Part shown: in pieces, positions 17,439-27,423 of the stretch
How positions within the stretch are numbered: the stretch's first letter is position 1
How the letters are laid out: each line of letters opens with the position of its first letter
Source: Devosia sp.
GTDB taxonomy: Bacteria > Pseudomonadota > Alphaproteobacteria > Rhizobiales > Devosiaceae
Assembly (NCBI GenBank): GCA_029256605.1
Contig: JAQSXP010000001.1
Location: 1 to 62,651, forward strand
DNA: 62,651 bases
Direction of reading: 5' to 3'
Translations under genes and position numbers: made by a program
The notes under the pieces: model-generated
What the model was told of the DNA's origin: nothing
The model's input: the letters and a program-made list of their open reading frames with translations, nothing else
Databases searched by the model: none

Positions 17439-18014
17439 CTACGGCTTTTCGCCCCGGCGCAACGACTTCGGCCTTTTTGGGGGTTGCACGGATTCTGGAT
17501 AGAAGAACCAGTGCTGCACAGTCAGCCGAGTTATGAGCTTAGCGCGGGAAATCAATCGGATGTTGAGCAATATTGCGACGTGGGAGAAGCGATTCCGAGC
17601 CACGCTGCCGTCCGACGTTTCGTCGTCGCCACGACGATGTGGCGCCTTCGAGAATTGCAGGGCATCCACCCGAGACTTCACCGCCGGGTCGCTGAACGAG
17701 ATACCGAACGAGTGAGCGAACTCATTTCGTATCTTTCTCATCAGATGAATGTCACTGGCCTCCTCATCGGAAATGAGGCCGAAGGCGTGCGCAGCTTCGA
17801 CACGAGAAGCGAAGGTGCCTAGAGGAGCGTTGAAGCCATCTAGCAGCTTGCCGCTCGACGGGACATCCGCAAGAAAATTTCGGATCAACTCGGTTAGGAC
17901 TAGGTCGAGCATAGAAATCGCGAGCAGAGCTATGCCGCGCTCGGTTTCTTCCATGAATTCGGCACTGTACTTGTCAAACTGATCGGTGAGGTCGCTTATT
18001 GTCGCTTCTGACAT
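17439..18014 (-). CDS. MtlR-family (HEPN superfamily) protein
   Basis: ETERGIALL, APLGTFASRVEAAHAFGLIS, RKIRNEFAH (RxxxxH). Confidence 0.8.
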   Translation of the reverse strand: MSEATISDLTDQFDKYSAEFMEETERGIALLAISMLDLVLTELIRNFLADVPSSGKLLDGFNAPLGTFASRVEAAHAFGLISDEEASDIHLMRKIRNEFAHSFGISFSDPAVKSRVDALQFSKAPHRRGDDETSDGSVARNRFSHVAILLNIRLISRAKLITRLTVQHWFFYPESVQPPKRPKSLRRGEKP

Positions 18015-18050
18015 CGGTCTCTCCAAGGCACGACACCGACACCCTACCAC

Positions 18051-18078
18051 AAACAACGAGGGGCGCCGTAGCGCCCCG
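18051..18078 (-). terminator. Orphan terminator-like hairpin upstream of the MtlR-like gene
   Basis: Minus strand GGGGCGC-TACG-GCGCCCC followed by TCGTTGTTT. Confidence 0.5.
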
Positions 18079-18246
18079 TAATGGTGTGTCCCGAAACCCG
18101 CACCCCCGTTATGGCACGAGGTAAGCCCTTACAGCTTATTCAAAATTTGGTCGAACTAGAATCGCTCGAGGTGGGCCAGCGCCTTGTTGAGGCCGCGAAC
18201 TCTTCGTAACCTACGCTGCCGACCTTGCAGCGACGGTAGTGCGACG

Positions 18247-18312
18247 GTCCGCTTTCAGCCGTCAATTCGCTAAACCAGACATTCAGCTTACGGCCCCATG
18301 AATGCCATTCAG
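18247..18312 (+). repeat. Junction repeat copy 4 (long form)
   Basis: GTCCGCTTTC...AAACCAGACATTCAGCTTACGGCCCCATGAATGCCATTCAG. Confidence 0.65.
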
Positions 18313-18478
18313 CTGCACGACATCCTATAGATGCGTTCGAGTTCCTAGTTCAGCGCCCTTAAGCCCGCGATAATCCGACAGGACGGCGCCCGCCTGAGGC
18401 AGCTTGAACCTAGCACGAGCAAGCGCCGGCGGCGATATTGAAGAGATAAGAAACTCGGGCTCGGACGGACAAGCAGGG

Positions 18479-19129
18479 CTAGTGCGTTAGAATTCTATGC
18501 AGAACACCATTTATGTGCCGCTGAAGTGCTTCCACAGCGGCCGACTCGTTGCGCTCAGCGATGGCATCGAGCACCGCCTGGTGCTCCTGCATCGACTTCA
18601 CCGTGTTTTTAGGACCCACCGCATCAGGATTGAGAAGGCGCAGGAGGTACATCTTCTGTGAATTTCGAAGGTAATTGACCGTCACCTGCTCGTTTCCGAG
18701 AGCCGCGATGAACGCGCCGTGGAACTCGACCTCAAGGTCCCTCACTGGCAGCCGGTAGGCCTGCGGATCAGGGTTATCCTGCACGAAAGCGATGATATCC
18801 TTATGCCCGCGCTGCATTCTCTTCAGCCATGCTTCATCCGCCGCCTCGACGAACCGTCGAAGTCCTTCGCGCTCAAGGATCTCGCGGTACTGAAACGTGC
18901 CACCCACGAACTTGACGTCCGGATAGAAGATGGTCAGACCGCGCTTTTTGCGAATTTCGATTAGCCCTTCAGCTTCGAGCAGCACCGAAATCTCCCGCAT
19001 GCGTGACAGGCCGAGACCAATGGTCGTGCCCAGCTCATCCTGAGTCAAGGTCTGCCCCAGGAGCAGGCGACCTTCGATCAGTGCATCGAAAAACCTTGCC
19101 AGCGCTGAGGTGTTCCTGCTTCGGGTCAT
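18479..19129 (-). CDS. GntR (FCD) family regulator
   Basis: wHTH N-terminus; REILE, FHGAF and EHQAV FCD motifs. Confidence 0.85.
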   Translation of the reverse strand: MTRSRNTSALARFFDALIEGRLLLGQTLTQDELGTTIGLGLSRMREISVLLEAEGLIEIRKKRGLTIFYPDVKFVGGTFQYREILEREGLRRFVEAADEAWLKRMQRGHKDIIAFVQDNPDPQAYRLPVRDLEVEFHGAFIAALGNEQVTVNYLRNSQKMYLLRLLNPDAVGPKNTVKSMQEHQAVLDAIAERNESAAVEALQRHINGVLHRILTH

Positions 19130-19200
19130 TGCCGCTTCCTTGTCCGACCGCTGGCTTTAGCGATCTTCCCGAACAATGTCACCTCCACCAGCCAAGCGTG

Positions 19201-19259
19201 TTGACAACGCGCAAACTACCCAATTAACCTACCTCAAATCAGATATAAAATATATCTGA
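19201..19259 (+). promoter_or_regulatory. Promoter with GntR-type operator for the ABC-uxuA operon
   Basis: TTGACA at 19201; perfect inverted repeat TCAGATATA-AAA-TATATCTGA at 19239-19259. Confidence 0.7.
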
Positions 19260-19312
19260 AAGCGCAACGTCGCTATTTTCAGTGGGTGTCTGCTCGCTGG
19301 TAAGGGAGGAAG

Positions 19313-20641
19313 ATGATGAAGACTGTTCATCTGCGCGGTTTCAACCGCGCTCGCCGTATCGTTGTATCAGCAGTAATAATTAGCGCATTGATGGCCGGCA
19401 CCTCTGGTTTCGCTACTGGCCAGGACCAACCGTATTCCGGAACTCAGCTGACTTACTGGGGAGGTTTGATCTTTTCGGAAGATGCAAATCAGCTCCTTTC
19501 CGACACGATCGCCCAATGGGGCGAAGCCAACGGCGTTCAAACCGAAGTCGTGATGATCAATCAGAATGAGACCGTTCAGCGTGTCTCCGCAGCGGTGGAA
19601 TCCGGCACCATGCCTGATGCCCTCGATCTCAGCCTCGATCTGCTGATGATCATGTCCCGCCAGAATGTCTTCGCTCCGCTAGACGAGCTCTACAATCGTG
19701 TAGGAGAAGCCCAAGGCGGCTGGTACGGATCGATTGACCTGGCGACCGACACAACCGAGGTAGCCGGCGGGCGCACGGGCCTTCCATTCGGCGCCTCGGG
19801 TAACTTGCTGCTGCGTCGTACTGATCTGTTGGAGGCTGCGGGTTTTGACTCTGCGCCAGCGACTTGGGAGGAGCTGGTTGCACAGGCAGAGGCGGTTAAC
19901 GCCCCACCAGTATCCGGGCTGGGTCTGGCGCTGTCCAATGTTGGCGATGGAAATGTGCAAGCCTCGGTTCTGCAATCCTTTGGTGGACGCATCGCCAATG
20001 ATGCGGGCGAGAACGTCACCATCAAGTCCGAAGAGACTCGAACCTACCTTACCTGGCTGAAAGATGCTTGGGATCGTGGCGTATTTCCACCTGGCAATGC
20101 CACTTGGGACGGAGCTGGTGACAACCAGGTTTATCTGTCAGGCCAAACAGCCTTCATCGCGAACACAGGCTCCGTAGGAATTGCCGCCCGCAACGATGAC
20201 CCTGAGCTTTACGAGTTTACGGCCTATTCGGCACTGCCTGCGGGCCCTACGGGCACCATCTCGCCCATTACGCCTCAGGTGCGCGCCGTTTCGGCGACAA
20301 GCGATAACCAGCAAGCAGCGATGGCTCTGCTCGAACACCTGTCGCAGCCTGAATTTCTGCAGGAGTACTACAAGCTGGCTATCTATGGTCCAGTTCTTCA
20401 GGGACAGGCAGGGTTTGAGGCGTTCAATGGGGAAGACCCCATTCATGCCGGCCTGCTCGACCTTGTTCAAAAGGGCACTGCTCCTGGATATCCAGACGTC
20501 TACAACTCTGCCTATGCGGACTTCATGGCGAACTTCATCGTTCCCAAGATGGCTCAACGCGTGGTGATCGATGGCTGGGACTTTGACCGCGCCATGGATG
20601 AAGCCCAGGCAGCTGGGCAAGCGATCTACGACAAGTATTGA
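19313..20641 (+). CDS. Carbohydrate ABC transporter substrate-binding protein (CUT1)
   Basis: Signal peptide; RTDLLEAAG...PATWEEL; operon context. Confidence 0.9.
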   Translation: MMKTVHLRGFNRARRIVVSAVIISALMAGTSGFATGQDQPYSGTQLTYWGGLIFSEDANQLLSDTIAQWGEANGVQTEVVMINQNETVQRVSAAVESGTMPDALDLSLDLLMIMSRQNVFAPLDELYNRVGEAQGGWYGSIDLATDTTEVAGGRTGLPFGASGNLLLRRTDLLEAAGFDSAPATWEELVAQAEAVNAPPVSGLGLALSNVGDGNVQASVLQSFGGRIANDAGENVTIKSEETRTYLTWLKDAWDRGVFPPGNATWDGAGDNQVYLSGQTAFIANTGSVGIAARNDDPELYEFTAYSALPAGPTGTISPITPQVRAVSATSDNQQAAMALLEHLSQPEFLQEYYKLAIYGPVLQGQAGFEAFNGEDPIHAGLLDLVQKGTAPGYPDVYNSAYADFMANFIVPKMAQRVVIDGWDFDRAMDEAQAAGQAIYDKY

Positions 20642-20695
20642 TCCTCATAGCCGGGCGGCAAGCGCCGCCCGCCCCCTCCATGTTGCGAGCATCAC

Positions 20696-21607
20696 ATGAC
20701 CGACACTCCGGTTGTCCGGCGGCGGCAATGGCTAACTGATAGTCGTCGTACGCACCTTTTCGCCTATGCGCTGGTGGTGCCGGTGCTGCTTCTCATCATT
20801 GGGCTCATCGCCTATCCGTTCGGCTTTGCCATCTGGGTGTCCTTCACCGATCGGGTAATCGGCAGTGTCGGCAATTTCGTCGGGCTGGCCAACTTCGAGT
20901 ATTTGTCGCGCAACGCAACATTTGGCGCAGCTATATCGAACACGATTTTCCTCGTTGTGGTCACCGACATCCTCAAGCTTGGAATCGGGCTGGGCCTTGC
21001 TCTGCTCGTCAATCAGCAGCTGCCAGGGCGGGGTTTGTTTCGCTCCTTTTTGATGCTGCCCTGGGCCATGCCTGCCTTTGTCGCCTTTCTCACCTGGCGC
21101 GTTCTCTACCAGCCTGTAGGCGGCGGCCTCAATCTGGTGCTGACCCAAACCGGCATCTACCCTCATGTAATCGATTGGCTCGGTCAGCGCCCCACAGCCA
21201 TGCCGTCAGTGATCCTCGCCTCGGTCTGGCGAGGTTTCCCGTTCTGGTTCATCTCGATACTTGCAGCTTTGCAGTCCATTCCCAAGGAGCTGTATGAAGC
21301 GGCTCGTGTCGACGGGGCCAACGCGTGGCAACGCTTCTGGATGGTCACGGCACCTGGCATTCGGCAAGTAGTGCTGGTTACGGCCCTTTTGTCCTCCATC
21401 TGGACTGCCAACGCGTTCGAACATGTCTGGCTTTTGACCCAAGGTGGCCCATCTGATGCGACCATGGTCTTTCCGGTTCTAGCCTATTTCGGGATGCAGA
21501 CGCAGCGCATCGGCGAGGCCGCCGCAGTGTCTGTATCCATGATGCCGGTGTTGCTCGTGCTGCTTTTTGCAGTAACGGCCGTCATGCAGCGGGATGATGA
21601 GCGATGA
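20696..21607 (+). CDS. Carbohydrate ABC permease
   Basis: FVGLANF, ELYEAARVDGA EAA loop. Confidence 0.93.
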   Translation: MTDTPVVRRRQWLTDSRRTHLFAYALVVPVLLLIIGLIAYPFGFAIWVSFTDRVIGSVGNFVGLANFEYLSRNATFGAAISNTIFLVVVTDILKLGIGLGLALLVNQQLPGRGLFRSFLMLPWAMPAFVAFLTWRVLYQPVGGGLNLVLTQTGIYPHVIDWLGQRPTAMPSVILASVWRGFPFWFISILAALQSIPKELYEAARVDGANAWQRFWMVTAPGIRQVVLVTALLSSIWTANAFEHVWLLTQGGPSDATMVFPVLAYFGMQTQRIGEAAAVSVSMMPVLLVLLFAVTAVMQRDDER

Positions 21608-22491
21608 CCGGCGTGAGTTCAGAGCGGTCGATACATGATCACAAGCGCTCAGGTATGAGCGAACGAGGGCGTATGATCCTTGGTCGAGTGCTGAGCTACC
21701 TGGCGCTGGGCATCGCAGTTCTGCTCATACTGTTTCCCATCTATTGGATGGTTATCACCTCGCTCAAATTGCCCCGTGAAATCTACCGTGTACCGTCGCT
21801 ATGGCCGAAGGCATTCACCCTCGACAACTATCATGCCCTGCTTTTCGACGAAGGTTTTCTACGTCCTATACTCAACAGCCTAATTGTCGCCACCACCGTA
21901 ACTGTCGTTTCTGTGATCTTCTCGGCGTTCGCCGCCTACTCTATGGTCCGGTTCCGCTACCGTTTCAGAGGACTCATCGGGCGGCTGATCCTTTTCGCCT
22001 ATCTTACGCCTGGGTCGCTACTATTCATTCCTCTGTCCATCCTGATGGCCCAAGTGGGCCTGTCGAACAGCCTCCAAGGACTAATTCTGGTAGATCTGGC
22101 GTTCTCCGTGCCGCTCGCCACGTGGCTCCTGCAGGGCTATTTCCGAAGCGTACCGCGGGAGCTCGAGGAACAGGGGCTGATCGATGGGCTGAGCCGGATG
22201 GGCGCCCTGCTACGGATCGTGCTCCCGTTGTCCGCACCTGGCATCGCCGCAGTGTCGATATTTGTCTTTACCGGGGCTTGGAATGAGCTGCTGTTTGCTC
22301 TTGTGCTGGTGAGTTCGGAAAATCAACGCACTGCACCGCTGGCGCTCAACTACCTTATAACTTCGGATGTGCTCCCCTGGGGACCCTTGATGGCCGGCGC
22401 CGTCATCTCCTCGCTCCCCCTAATGATCCTCTATTTCGTTGCCCAGCACTTCATGGTGCAGGGGCTGACGGCCGGCTCCGTCAAGGGCTGA
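21604..22491 (+). CDS. Carbohydrate ABC permease
   Basis: PRELEEQGLIDG, WNELLF, GLTAGSVKG. Confidence 0.93.
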   Translation: MTGVSSERSIHDHKRSGMSERGRMILGRVLSYLALGIAVLLILFPIYWMVITSLKLPREIYRVPSLWPKAFTLDNYHALLFDEGFLRPILNSLIVATTVTVVSVIFSAFAAYSMVRFRYRFRGLIGRLILFAYLTPGSLLFIPLSILMAQVGLSNSLQGLILVDLAFSVPLATWLLQGYFRSVPRELEEQGLIDGLSRMGALLRIVLPLSAPGIAAVSIFVFTGAWNELLFALVLVSSENQRTAPLALNYLITSDVLPWGPLMAGAVISSLPLMILYFVAQHFMVQGLTAGSVKG

Positions 22492-22517
22492 ACGTTCTCA
22501 CTTTTAAGGACCGCACA

Positions 22518-23567
22518 ATGACTATCCGCATCGCAGTTGGCCAGTTCCACGATCTCACGGACGAACGCCTTCGCTTCGCCGCTCAAATCGGCGCCACCGG
22601 CATCCAGATGAACAATCCAAGCTTGCCAGGAGAGACCCGCTGGGAGGAAAAGGATGTTCGGGCCTTGGTGGAGAAGGTGGGAGCAGCCGGGCTGAAATTC
22701 GAAGCCATCGAGAACGTGCCCACGCACTTCTATCACAAGGCCATGATGGGCCTGGAAGGTCGCGACGAGCAGATCGAAAATTACCAGGCCACCATCCGGG
22801 CTGTGGCGCGGGCGGGCGTGCCAATCCTAGGTTATCACTTCATGCCCAACTCGGTCTGGAGCACAGACCGCAACGCGCCTACGCGCGGAGGCGCCGTGGC
22901 CCGTCGGTTCGACATGGCCACTGTCGACGCCAATGCCGGGGACCTTCATACCCTCCGCTCCTATATGCCGACGACTTTGGGGCACGCCTTTTCCATGCCG
23001 CTCAAGAGCAGGGAAGAGGCGGTGATCACAGAAGAGGAAATGTGGGCCAACTACGAATACTTCATCAACGCCGTACTCCCGGTCGCAGAGGAAGAAGGCA
23101 TTCGACTGGCTTTACATCCGGACGATCCCCCGGTGCCGATGCTCGGTGGAGTTGCCCGCCTGTTCTACCGGCAGGAAGGCTTCAAGCGTGCCTTCGACAT
23201 GGCGGGCGCAAGTAAGGCTTGGGCCCTCGACCTATGTCTTGGGTGCTGCTCGGAAATGCCAGGCGGCAAGGTCAACGTCTCTGAGATGATCGAGTATTTC
23301 GGACCAAGAGGCGCCATCGCCTACATTCACTTCCGTGATGTTCAGGGGTCCGTTCCCGACTTCACGGAGTGCTTCATAGGTGACGGCAATTTCGATCCTG
23401 CTGAGGTCATGGTGCTGCTCGCCAAGAGCGGTTTCGATGGTTTCCTGCTTGATGACCACGTTCCCACGATGGATGACGACAGCAGCTGGAATCATCGCGG
23501 ACGCGCTCATGCTATCGGCTACATGCAGGGATTGCTTCGCATGGCCGAGTTCTTACAGGCGGCCTGA
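22518..23567 (+). CDS. uxuA: Mannonate dehydratase UxuA family
   Basis: GRDEQIENY, YHFMP, LALHPDDPP, IHFRDV. Confidence 0.8.
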   Translation: MTIRIAVGQFHDLTDERLRFAAQIGATGIQMNNPSLPGETRWEEKDVRALVEKVGAAGLKFEAIENVPTHFYHKAMMGLEGRDEQIENYQATIRAVARAGVPILGYHFMPNSVWSTDRNAPTRGGAVARRFDMATVDANAGDLHTLRSYMPTTLGHAFSMPLKSREEAVITEEEMWANYEYFINAVLPVAEEEGIRLALHPDDPPVPMLGGVARLFYRQEGFKRAFDMAGASKAWALDLCLGCCSEMPGGKVNVSEMIEYFGPRGAIAYIHFRDVQGSVPDFTECFIGDGNFDPAEVMVLLAKSGFDGFLLDDHVPTMDDDSSWNHRGRAHAIGYMQGLLRMAEFLQAA

Positions 23568-23578
23568 AAGGATGCTCT

Positions 23579-24652
23579 ATGGCGAACCTGACCATTCGCG
23601 ACGTTCGTAAATCTTACGGCAGCGTCCCGGTGCTGCATGGGGTCTCCATCGAAATTCCCGATGGAGAGTTCGTCATTCTTGTTGGACCCTCCGGGTGCGG
23701 TAAGTCCACGCTGCTTCGCATGATTGCGGGGCTTGAAACCATAACTAGTGGCGAGATCGAGATCGGTGAACGGGTCGTCAATGACTTGCCACCACGCGCC
23801 CGAGATATCGCCATGGTATTCCAAAACTATGCTCTTTATCCGCACAAGAACGTGGCCGAGAACATGGGTTACGCGCTTAAGCTAGCTGGCCGGTCAAAGG
23901 AGGAGATTGCGAAACGGGTAAACGCGGCTGCTGACATACTCGATCTGAAGCCGTTGCTCGACCGCCGCCCCTCGCAGCTATCTGGTGGCCAGCGTCAACG
24001 CGTTGCCATGGGCCGCGCCATCGTGCGGGATCCGAAGGTCTTCCTGTTTGACGAGCCTTTGTCAAACCTTGACGCCAAGCTACGCGTCGCCATGCGTTCC
24101 GAAATCAAGGAGCTGCACCAGCGGCTCAAAACCACCACGGTCTATGTAACTCATGACCAGATTGAAGCCATGACGATGGCCGACCGCATCGTAGTCATGC
24201 ATTCCGGGGTAGTTGAACAGGTTGGTGCACCACTGGATCTTTATGATCGGCCGGCCAACACCTTTGTTGCAGGCTTCCTTGGTTCACCGGCCATGAATAT
24301 TCTTCCTGGTCAGATTCGGCGGGAGAATGGCACAACCATTTTCGACCTTGCTGGAGGCGGTATCCTGCTGCTGCCGCCAGGTACAGAGGGGGAGGCGGGA
24401 CAACCATTGTTGCTGGGGGTTCGCCCTGAGCACATTGCTGTCGATCCGACCGGCGATGCCTCCTTCGATGCAGATGTTGTAGTGCTCGAACCAACGGGCG
24501 CCGATACGCTGATCACAACGCGTATCGGTAGCACTGACCTGCTAGTGCTGATACGTGACCGCATGGAAGCCGCCGTCGGCAAGCCCCTGCAACTGGCGAT
24601 CCAACCAGGCCGCCTTCACCTGTTTGAGCCTAATAGCGGCAGGCGGCTATAA
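23579..24652 (+). CDS. Sugar ABC ATP-binding protein (MalK/UgpC-like)
   Basis: GPSGCGKS, LSGGQRQR, DEPLSNLDAKLR, TOBE domain. Confidence 0.95.
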   Translation: MANLTIRDVRKSYGSVPVLHGVSIEIPDGEFVILVGPSGCGKSTLLRMIAGLETITSGEIEIGERVVNDLPPRARDIAMVFQNYALYPHKNVAENMGYALKLAGRSKEEIAKRVNAAADILDLKPLLDRRPSQLSGGQRQRVAMGRAIVRDPKVFLFDEPLSNLDAKLRVAMRSEIKELHQRLKTTTVYVTHDQIEAMTMADRIVVMHSGVVEQVGAPLDLYDRPANTFVAGFLGSPAMNILPGQIRRENGTTIFDLAGGGILLLPPGTEGEAGQPLLLGVRPEHIAVDPTGDASFDADVVVLEPTGADTLITTRIGSTDLLVLIRDRMEAAVGKPLQLAIQPGRLHLFEPNSGRRL

Positions 24653-24696
24653 CGCTATTTGAATTCGATAGCGTAAGCGTTTGCACCGTCGATCGT

Positions 24697-24762
24697 CTAG
24701 GGACCCAAAGCACTAGCACGCAGCTCATCGGCCATGATCCAGAGTATGTTGGGTTTGCTCAT
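24697..24762 (-). pseudogene. Sulfatase N-terminal relic
   Basis: MSKPNILWIMADELRASALGP-stop is a typical sulfatase N-terminus (KPNIL..I..D..R). Confidence 0.65.
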
Positions 24763-24845
24763 AAGGAACTTCTGTGGCGTGATTGGTCAGTATGGACATG
24801 GGCTTGCTGGCTCTTGCCGCTGCCGTGCGATTTCGTCGACCAAGC

Positions 24846-25592
24846 TCAGTAGGTGGTTCGCCCGCCGGAAAGATCGAACACACTGGCAGTCGTGAAGCTG
24901 TTTTCCCGCGAAACCAGCCAGGCTACCATGGCGGCGGCTTCCTCGACTTCAAGGAAGCGCCCGCGTGGGATGCGGACCAGCATGTATTCGATGAATTCGG
25001 GCGTAAGGGTATCGAGAATGCGCGTCTTGGCGGTCGCGGGCGTAACGGCGTTGACCGCGATGTCGTATTTGGCCAACTCCTTGCCGAGCGACTTGGTGAG
25101 CCCGATGACCCCAGCCTTAGCAGCGGAATAGGCGGAGAGATTGGGATTGCCCTCCTTGCCCGCGACCGAGGAGATGTTGACGATTCGACCGTAGTTGCGC
25201 GCCTTCATCGATCCGATGACGACCTTGTTCACGTAGAAGGTGCCGTTGAGGTTGATCTCCACCACCCGTCGCCATTCGTCCGGATCATAGTCTTCCAGCG
25301 CTGCATTGGTGCCGGCGATACCGGCCGAGTTGACGAGGATGGACACCGGCCCGACCGCCGCTTCGACCTGCGCATGCGCGGCCATAAGGCCCGGCAGGTC
25401 GGTGATGTCGACCACGACTCTGGATGCGTCCGAGCCCAGCGCGGCAACCGCAGTCGCCAGCAGTTCGGGGTTGAGATCCCACAGGCTCACCCTGGCACCG
25501 CTGTCGATGAGGCGCTTGGCAATGGCAAATCCCAGCCCCTGGGCTCCGCCAGTGACGACGGCTGTCTGGTTGGAAAGGTCTATGGCGTTCAT
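24846..25592 (-). CDS. SDR dehydrogenase (2-keto-3-deoxy-L-rhamnonate dehydrogenase-like)
   Basis: TGGAQGLG, NSAGI, YSAAK, FDLSGGR; rhamnose-type context. Confidence 0.85.
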   Translation of the reverse strand: MNAIDLSNQTAVVTGGAQGLGFAIAKRLIDSGARVSLWDLNPELLATAVAALGSDASRVVVDITDLPGLMAAHAQVEAAVGPVSILVNSAGIAGTNAALEDYDPDEWRRVVEINLNGTFYVNKVVIGSMKARNYGRIVNISSVAGKEGNPNLSAYSAAKAGVIGLTKSLGKELAKYDIAVNAVTPATAKTRILDTLTPEFIEYMLVRIPRGRFLEVEEAAAMVAWLVSRENSFTTASVFDLSGGRTTY

Positions 25593-26467
25593 CTGGGTTT
25601 TCCTGTGTCGAACTTTGGTAAAGGGGCGCTAGTGCCGCTCAGCAGGCGCTCCATGTTGTCGTGGAGCATGGCCCTGTGCGCCTCGGCGGGGAACGGCGCA
25701 TGACGCGTGAGCATGGACAGGGTCTGGCCATAGGTCATGTGCCGACGGCTCACCGGATAATCGGAGCCCCAGACGATGCGCTCGGCTCCAAAGCGCGCCA
25801 GCACCGGCGCCCACTGGGGCTGAGCCTCGGGGTAGGGAAACTCCTGCGGGGGCAGGGTGATGTTGCCCATGCCCGAATATTTGAGGTGGATATTGGGGCA
25901 GTCGGCCAGGGAAATGACCGGGGTGCGGGCATCGGCCCCCCCGCCATGGCGATCTCCCAGATGGGCGAGGTGATGCAGCAAAATCTGCAGCGAAGGCAGC
26001 CGGGTGGCGAGCGCGCGCACCGCTTCCATCTGGTGCGGTAGGGCGGACAGGCTCACAAGCAGTGATCGCTCCGACGCCAATTGCATGAAGGGCAGGCCCT
26101 CGGGCCCGGTCAGCCAGCTGCCGTCCTCGCCTGCGTCCAAATAATGAGTAAAGCCCGCAAAATGCCAGCGTCTCAGGGCCTGATCGAGCCGTTGAACGGC
26201 GCCGGGGGTCCGAAAATCGGGACTCCAGCGGCATTCGAGGTCTGGGAACACGACGAAGCGGCCGGGGTGAAGCGCGGCGGCTTCGAAGGCATAGTCCACA
26301 TTCCCAGCATTGCCCCCGATCCGGGCACAGATGACCACCGCACGCTCTACGCCGTTCTGATCCATTTCGAATAGCATCTGTTCGGCCCGGGCGCGGGTGC
26401 CCGGATCGGGAACGGGGGGCTGGTAGGGCCAGCGCTCCCAGATATGGGTATGGGCGTCGATGGTCAT
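25589..26467 (-). CDS. Amidohydrolase_2 family (sugar lactonase-like)
   Basis: IDAHTHIW, HHLAH, WGSDYP. Confidence 0.85.
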   Translation of the reverse strand: MTIDAHTHIWERWPYQPPVPDPGTRARAEQMLFEMDQNGVERAVVICARIGGNAGNVDYAFEAAALHPGRFVVFPDLECRWSPDFRTPGAVQRLDQALRRWHFAGFTHYLDAGEDGSWLTGPEGLPFMQLASERSLLVSLSALPHQMEAVRALATRLPSLQILLHHLAHLGDRHGGGADARTPVISLADCPNIHLKYSGMGNITLPPQEFPYPEAQPQWAPVLARFGAERIVWGSDYPVSRRHMTYGQTLSMLTRHAPFPAEAHRAMLHDNMERLLSGTSAPLPKFDTGKPR

Positions 26468-27423
26468 GCAACCAGCGCGTCCGCTTTGGCTTGGCTGACC
26501 GCCAGCTGAATCTGCGCGGCCGTCACGGCGGTCTCGCCGACACGAGCAGGCGCGGCGACGGCGCGATACGGCCCGGTGCGGTAAAGTAGCACCTGGTCCT
26601 GGGGTGCCAAGACCGGCGGGCGCGCTTCATACAGGTTCCAGGGCGTGTCGGGATCGGGGGAGGGCACCGCTTCGATCAGCGAGCGGGTGTAGGGATGGGC
26701 GGGATCGTGGATGACCTCTTCGGTGGCGCCCACTTCCATGATCTGGCCGCCATGCAGCACCACGACGGAATCGGCCACCTGATAGGCCGTGGTAAGATCA
26801 TGGGTGACATAGATCAGCGATATGCCGCGGCTGCGATTCAGCTCGTAAAGGATCTCGAGGATGGTCGAGCGGAGCGAGGCATCGACCATGGACACGGGTT
26901 CGTCTGCCAGGATGATATGGGGTTCAAGCAGCAGGGCGCGGGCAATCATCACCCGCTGGCGTTGTCCACCCGAAATCTGGTGCGGGTATTTTCCCAGCGT
27001 CTGGGCCGGATTGAGCCCAACGCTGCGCAGCGTTTTTTCGATCAGGTCGTAGGACTGGTCGCGCGAAGCGGAAAGCCCGAAGGCCTTAAGCGGTGCCAGC
27101 AGGGGATGATCGATCTTGTAGAAGGGATTAAAGGCGTCGAACGGATCCTGGAAGATGGCCTGGACTTCACGCCGGAACCGCTTCTGTGCCGCCCCGTCCA
27201 TCCTGGTGAGGGGCTGGCCGTCATAGACTACCTCGCCACTGGTGGGATGCTGGAAGCCCAGAAGCATGCGCAGCAGCGTGGTCTTGCCGCTCCCGCTTTC
27301 ACCCACCACTGCCGTGATGGCGGGATGAGCGCCCCCCGCGGCCAGCGACACATTGGCAAGGGCTTGCTTACCCAAGAAGGAGACGGAGGCCGCCCGCACT
27401 TCAAGAAGCTTGTTCATGGTCAC
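26464..27423 (-). CDS. Oligopeptide-type ABC ATP-binding protein
   Basis: GESGSGKT, ISGGQRQR, ADEPVSMVD. Confidence 0.92.
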   Translation of the reverse strand: MTMNKLLEVRAASVSFLGKQALANVSLAAGGAHPAITAVVGESGSGKTTLLRMLLGFQHPTSGEVVYDGQPLTRMDGAAQKRFRREVQAIFQDPFDAFNPFYKIDHPLLAPLKAFGLSASRDQSYDLIEKTLRSVGLNPAQTLGKYPHQISGGQRQRVMIARALLLEPHIILADEPVSMVDASLRSTILEILYELNRSRGISLIYVTHDLTTAYQVADSVVVLHGGQIMEVGATEEVIHDPAHPYTRSLIEAVPSPDPDTPWNLYEARPPVLAPQDQVLLYRTGPYRAVAAPARVGETAVTAAQIQLAVSQAKADALVA

